From a virus (Duplodnaviria; Caudoviricetes): a DNA stretch of 28,698 nt. The translations under genes and the position numbers were made by a program. The notes under the pieces were generated by a model. It searched no databases and was not told where the DNA came from. It was given only the letters and a program-made list of their open reading frames with translations. The stretch is taken from the IMG/VR virus record IMGVR_UViG_3300044629_000793, positions 1 through 28,698 of that record. One strand, 5' to 3'. This document shows positions 26,669-28,698 of the stretch, piece after piece. Position 1 is the first letter of the stretch, and each line of letters begins with the position of its first letter.

Positions 26669-28558
26669 TTATGGCTGTACGTTGGCTGGGATTAGTCCCT
26701 TTGCACGCGCATCCTGAAGATATCTTTTTGCTGCTGACGGACCTTCAGGACCATAGTACTTATCGTAGAAAGTCTCGAAGATTACCTTATACTTGTTTCT
26801 ATCAACTGCTTCAACTCTTTCTTTCGTGTCTGCAGAGTCAGCTGTTCTTGGATCCTCAACACGTTCGCCAGTTGGCTTGCGTGCTGCGCCATTTACAGCC
26901 TGAGCCTTGAGATCCTGTAGAGAATTTCTCAGGGAGTCGATGCTGCGCTCAGTAAAGACTCTTGCCGTCTCGACCTTGTCTTCAATCTTGAAGCCATGAG
27001 AGATCTGAGCATCTACGAGAGCGTCAGCGAGCATGCTCTTATAAGCCTTAAGAGTATCAGCCTGTGCTGCAGTGAGAGACTGAACTTCAGCCTTCAGCGA
27101 GGCGACACGCTGCTTTAGAATGTCTCTTTCTGTAGTTAGATCAGTAAGCTTATCTGCGTTTGCTTCGTAGACAGCTAGTGCATCTTTTGTGATAGAAACT
27201 AGATCGTTTGTTTCATCTGTTGGGGCTGCCGAATCTTCAACGCTTACTTCCGTGGACTCTTCAGCGGGAGAGTCAACAGGGGAAGTAAGTGCTGTGACCT
27301 TATCAGTCAGCGACTCAAGGATAGCAGCCTTGGAATCAGAGTCCTCAATCTCCTCGAGCAATGACTTGATTGCTTCGGCGTGCTTGAGGTCTCGTACCGG
27401 GAACGTACGGTTGGGTCCAATGAAGACAGAGTCTTCCAGGTCCTTCAAAAGATCGCCGGTAAGGCGTGCAGCACCGTCGAGGTGCTTGGCGATTGCTTCA
27501 TAATTTGAAGCTGTATCCTTTGTAAGTTCAGTTAGTTTCATTGTTAGTCCTTTTTGGTCAAGTCCCCGATCTTGTTTCATTTCTCCAATTACATTAGCTT
27601 GGTGAATGTGTGGGGTATTTGCATTGTTATCCAACTTATTTACATTTGTCCAATCAAAAAGATTATCCGCATCAACATTAGCAGAATCAGTAAGTCTTAC
27701 GACCGTATCGTTCTTCACCGCGAAGCAGTCTTCAAAGAGAGGATATGCAATAGGTTGGTTCTTCTGGATAGCATCTGCGAAAGTTATGTCGTTGCCGACT
27801 TCGATGATCTGAGCTAATTGTGCAGCTGGATGGTTGACTGGTGAAACTTCTTCCCAGTCGTAATTCATCGGGACCTTGACGCACTCAACTCCATCAACAA
27901 TCTCCCCTGGTTCGTGCTCACAAACCTGACGAGCCCAATCGATTAGCTCTCCTTGCAGTGCACAAGCTGAGCAGTATGCGCTACGAGGGGCCATTCCTGT
28001 AGAGACAGTTAGATATCTACCGTCCAAGATTTTACGGATAGCGTCTGGATCTGTTACGTCCCACAATCCTAAGATGTGCCCGACACCACGATACTGGTTG
28101 TTCTGGGACATACTCAAGAATGTTGGGATTGTTCCCAGGCGAGCAATCGGCTTGGCCTTAGAATCCTTGAATACTTTCATTATGCCGCCGACACGACTAT
28201 CAACATTCACTGCTTCATTAGTCGTGTCGATATACCTTACATCTATTACACGGCCAATGGGATCTCTGTCATCTTGGTGGTGGAGCTGAATTGGCTTTGG
28301 GTATGGCTTGATAAAGGTGATGGCTGATTTGTAGTGCTCGTCTGGGAGATAGACGGCCTTATTTCTGGTTCGGATACCAGCGAAGGTCATACGGACTTTC
28401 GCACGGAGTCTATAACCAGATGGTTCGGTACTGTCCTTGGTCTCGAATAGATGCTGTTTTCCAGCTTCTATGGCAATAGGGGTAGCGACGAAACTAGAGA
28501 AGTCTCTAAAGTCGGCTATTGGCTTTGCCCATTTCGAAGGATGAAGTATGTCAGGCAT
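26669..28558 (-). CDS. Prohead maturation protease fused to scaffold domain, 629 aa
   Basis: TRNKAVY, KPIQLHH...PIGRV (His), ILDGRYLTVSTG (Ser), EEVSPVNHPA (Glu) fit an HK97-type protease; CSAC...CEH insert; acidic/coiled-coil C-terminal half. Confidence 0.85.
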   Translation of the reverse strand: MPDILHPSKWAKPIADFRDFSSFVATPIAIEAGKQHLFETKDSTEPSGYRLRAKVRMTFAGIRTRNKAVYLPDEHYKSAITFIKPYPKPIQLHHQDDRDPIGRVIDVRYIDTTNEAVNVDSRVGGIMKVFKDSKAKPIARLGTIPTFLSMSQNNQYRGVGHILGLWDVTDPDAIRKILDGRYLTVSTGMAPRSAYCSACALQGELIDWARQVCEHEPGEIVDGVECVKVPMNYDWEEVSPVNHPAAQLAQIIEVGNDITFADAIQKNQPIAYPLFEDCFAVKNDTVVRLTDSANVDADNLFDWTNVNKLDNNANTPHIHQANVIGEMKQDRGLDQKGLTMKLTELTKDTASNYEAIAKHLDGAARLTGDLLKDLEDSVFIGPNRTFPVRDLKHAEAIKSLLEEIEDSDSKAAILESLTDKVTALTSPVDSPAEESTEVSVEDSAAPTDETNDLVSITKDALAVYEANADKLTDLTTERDILKQRVASLKAEVQSLTAAQADTLKAYKSMLADALVDAQISHGFKIEDKVETARVFTERSIDSLRNSLQDLKAQAVNGAARKPTGERVEDPRTADSADTKERVEAVDRNKYKVIFETFYDKYYGPEGPSAAKRYLQDARAKGLIPANVQP

Positions 28559-28698
28559 TTGATGGCTCCGGTTCTAGGTCACACTGACAATTTGGATGAT
28601 AAGGTGGCAAATTCTCAAGTGAGATATCATTCAAGTCAATAACGATGTTATGCCAAATTTGGTAGTCTTCGCCTTCAGGATCGGATTTAACAATAGCT
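28551..28698 (-). CDS. 3' end of a head morphogenesis (MuF/SPP1 gp7-like motif) or portal-fusion protein, truncated by window edge
   Basis: Not in the ORF track. Hand translation: ...AIVKSDPEGEDYQIWHNIVIDLNDISLENLPPYHPNCQCDLEPEPSNA* with a PPxHPNCxC motif; TGA at 28551-28553 overlaps the protease start (ATGCCTGA). Confidence 0.75.
   Translation of the reverse strand, partial: AIVKSDPEGEDYQIWHNIVIDLNDISLENLPPYHPNCQCDLEPEPSNA

Noticed and set aside
60-28642. Many plus-strand ORFs of 60-146 aa
   Set aside because: All are antisense shadows of tightly tiled minus-strand genes, with no recognisable motifs.
1-28698. Alternative genetic code, tRNA, CRISPR array, or eCIS/tailocin identity
   Set aside because: Genes tile well in the standard code, intergenic gaps are short with no tRNA-like or array structure seen, and capsid plus protease genes indicate a true phage.

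Overview
The window is a compact, entirely minus-strand virion morphogenesis operon of a large contractile-tailed (myovirus-like) phage; the host cannot be inferred. In transcription order (right to left): the C-terminus of a MuF/gp7-motif head protein, prohead protease-scaffold, a capsid-associated protein, HK97-type major capsid protein, decoration/Ig-like/fibre proteins, neck proteins, an 829-aa tail sheath, three tail-tube paralogues, an inserted HNH endonuclease, two paralogous tail assembly chaperones and a 1301-aa tape-measure-like protein. The main result is an ORF missing from the ORF track (3979 to beyond position 1, >1326 codons, translated by hand). It is coupled to the tape-measure-like gene and carries, in canonical order, motifs of both the beta-like and beta'-like double-psi barrels of a two-barrel RNA polymerase. 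It is a candidate single-chain, tail-associated virion RNAP; the catalytic DxDGD motif is not in the window. Other observations: the HNH gene duplicates the 3' end of the gene it invaded, the protease may contain a nested scaffold start, an Ig-like domain appears split across two genes, and several terminators and an SD-occluding hairpin may set stoichiometry. All product calls come from motif recognition and gene order; no searches were run.
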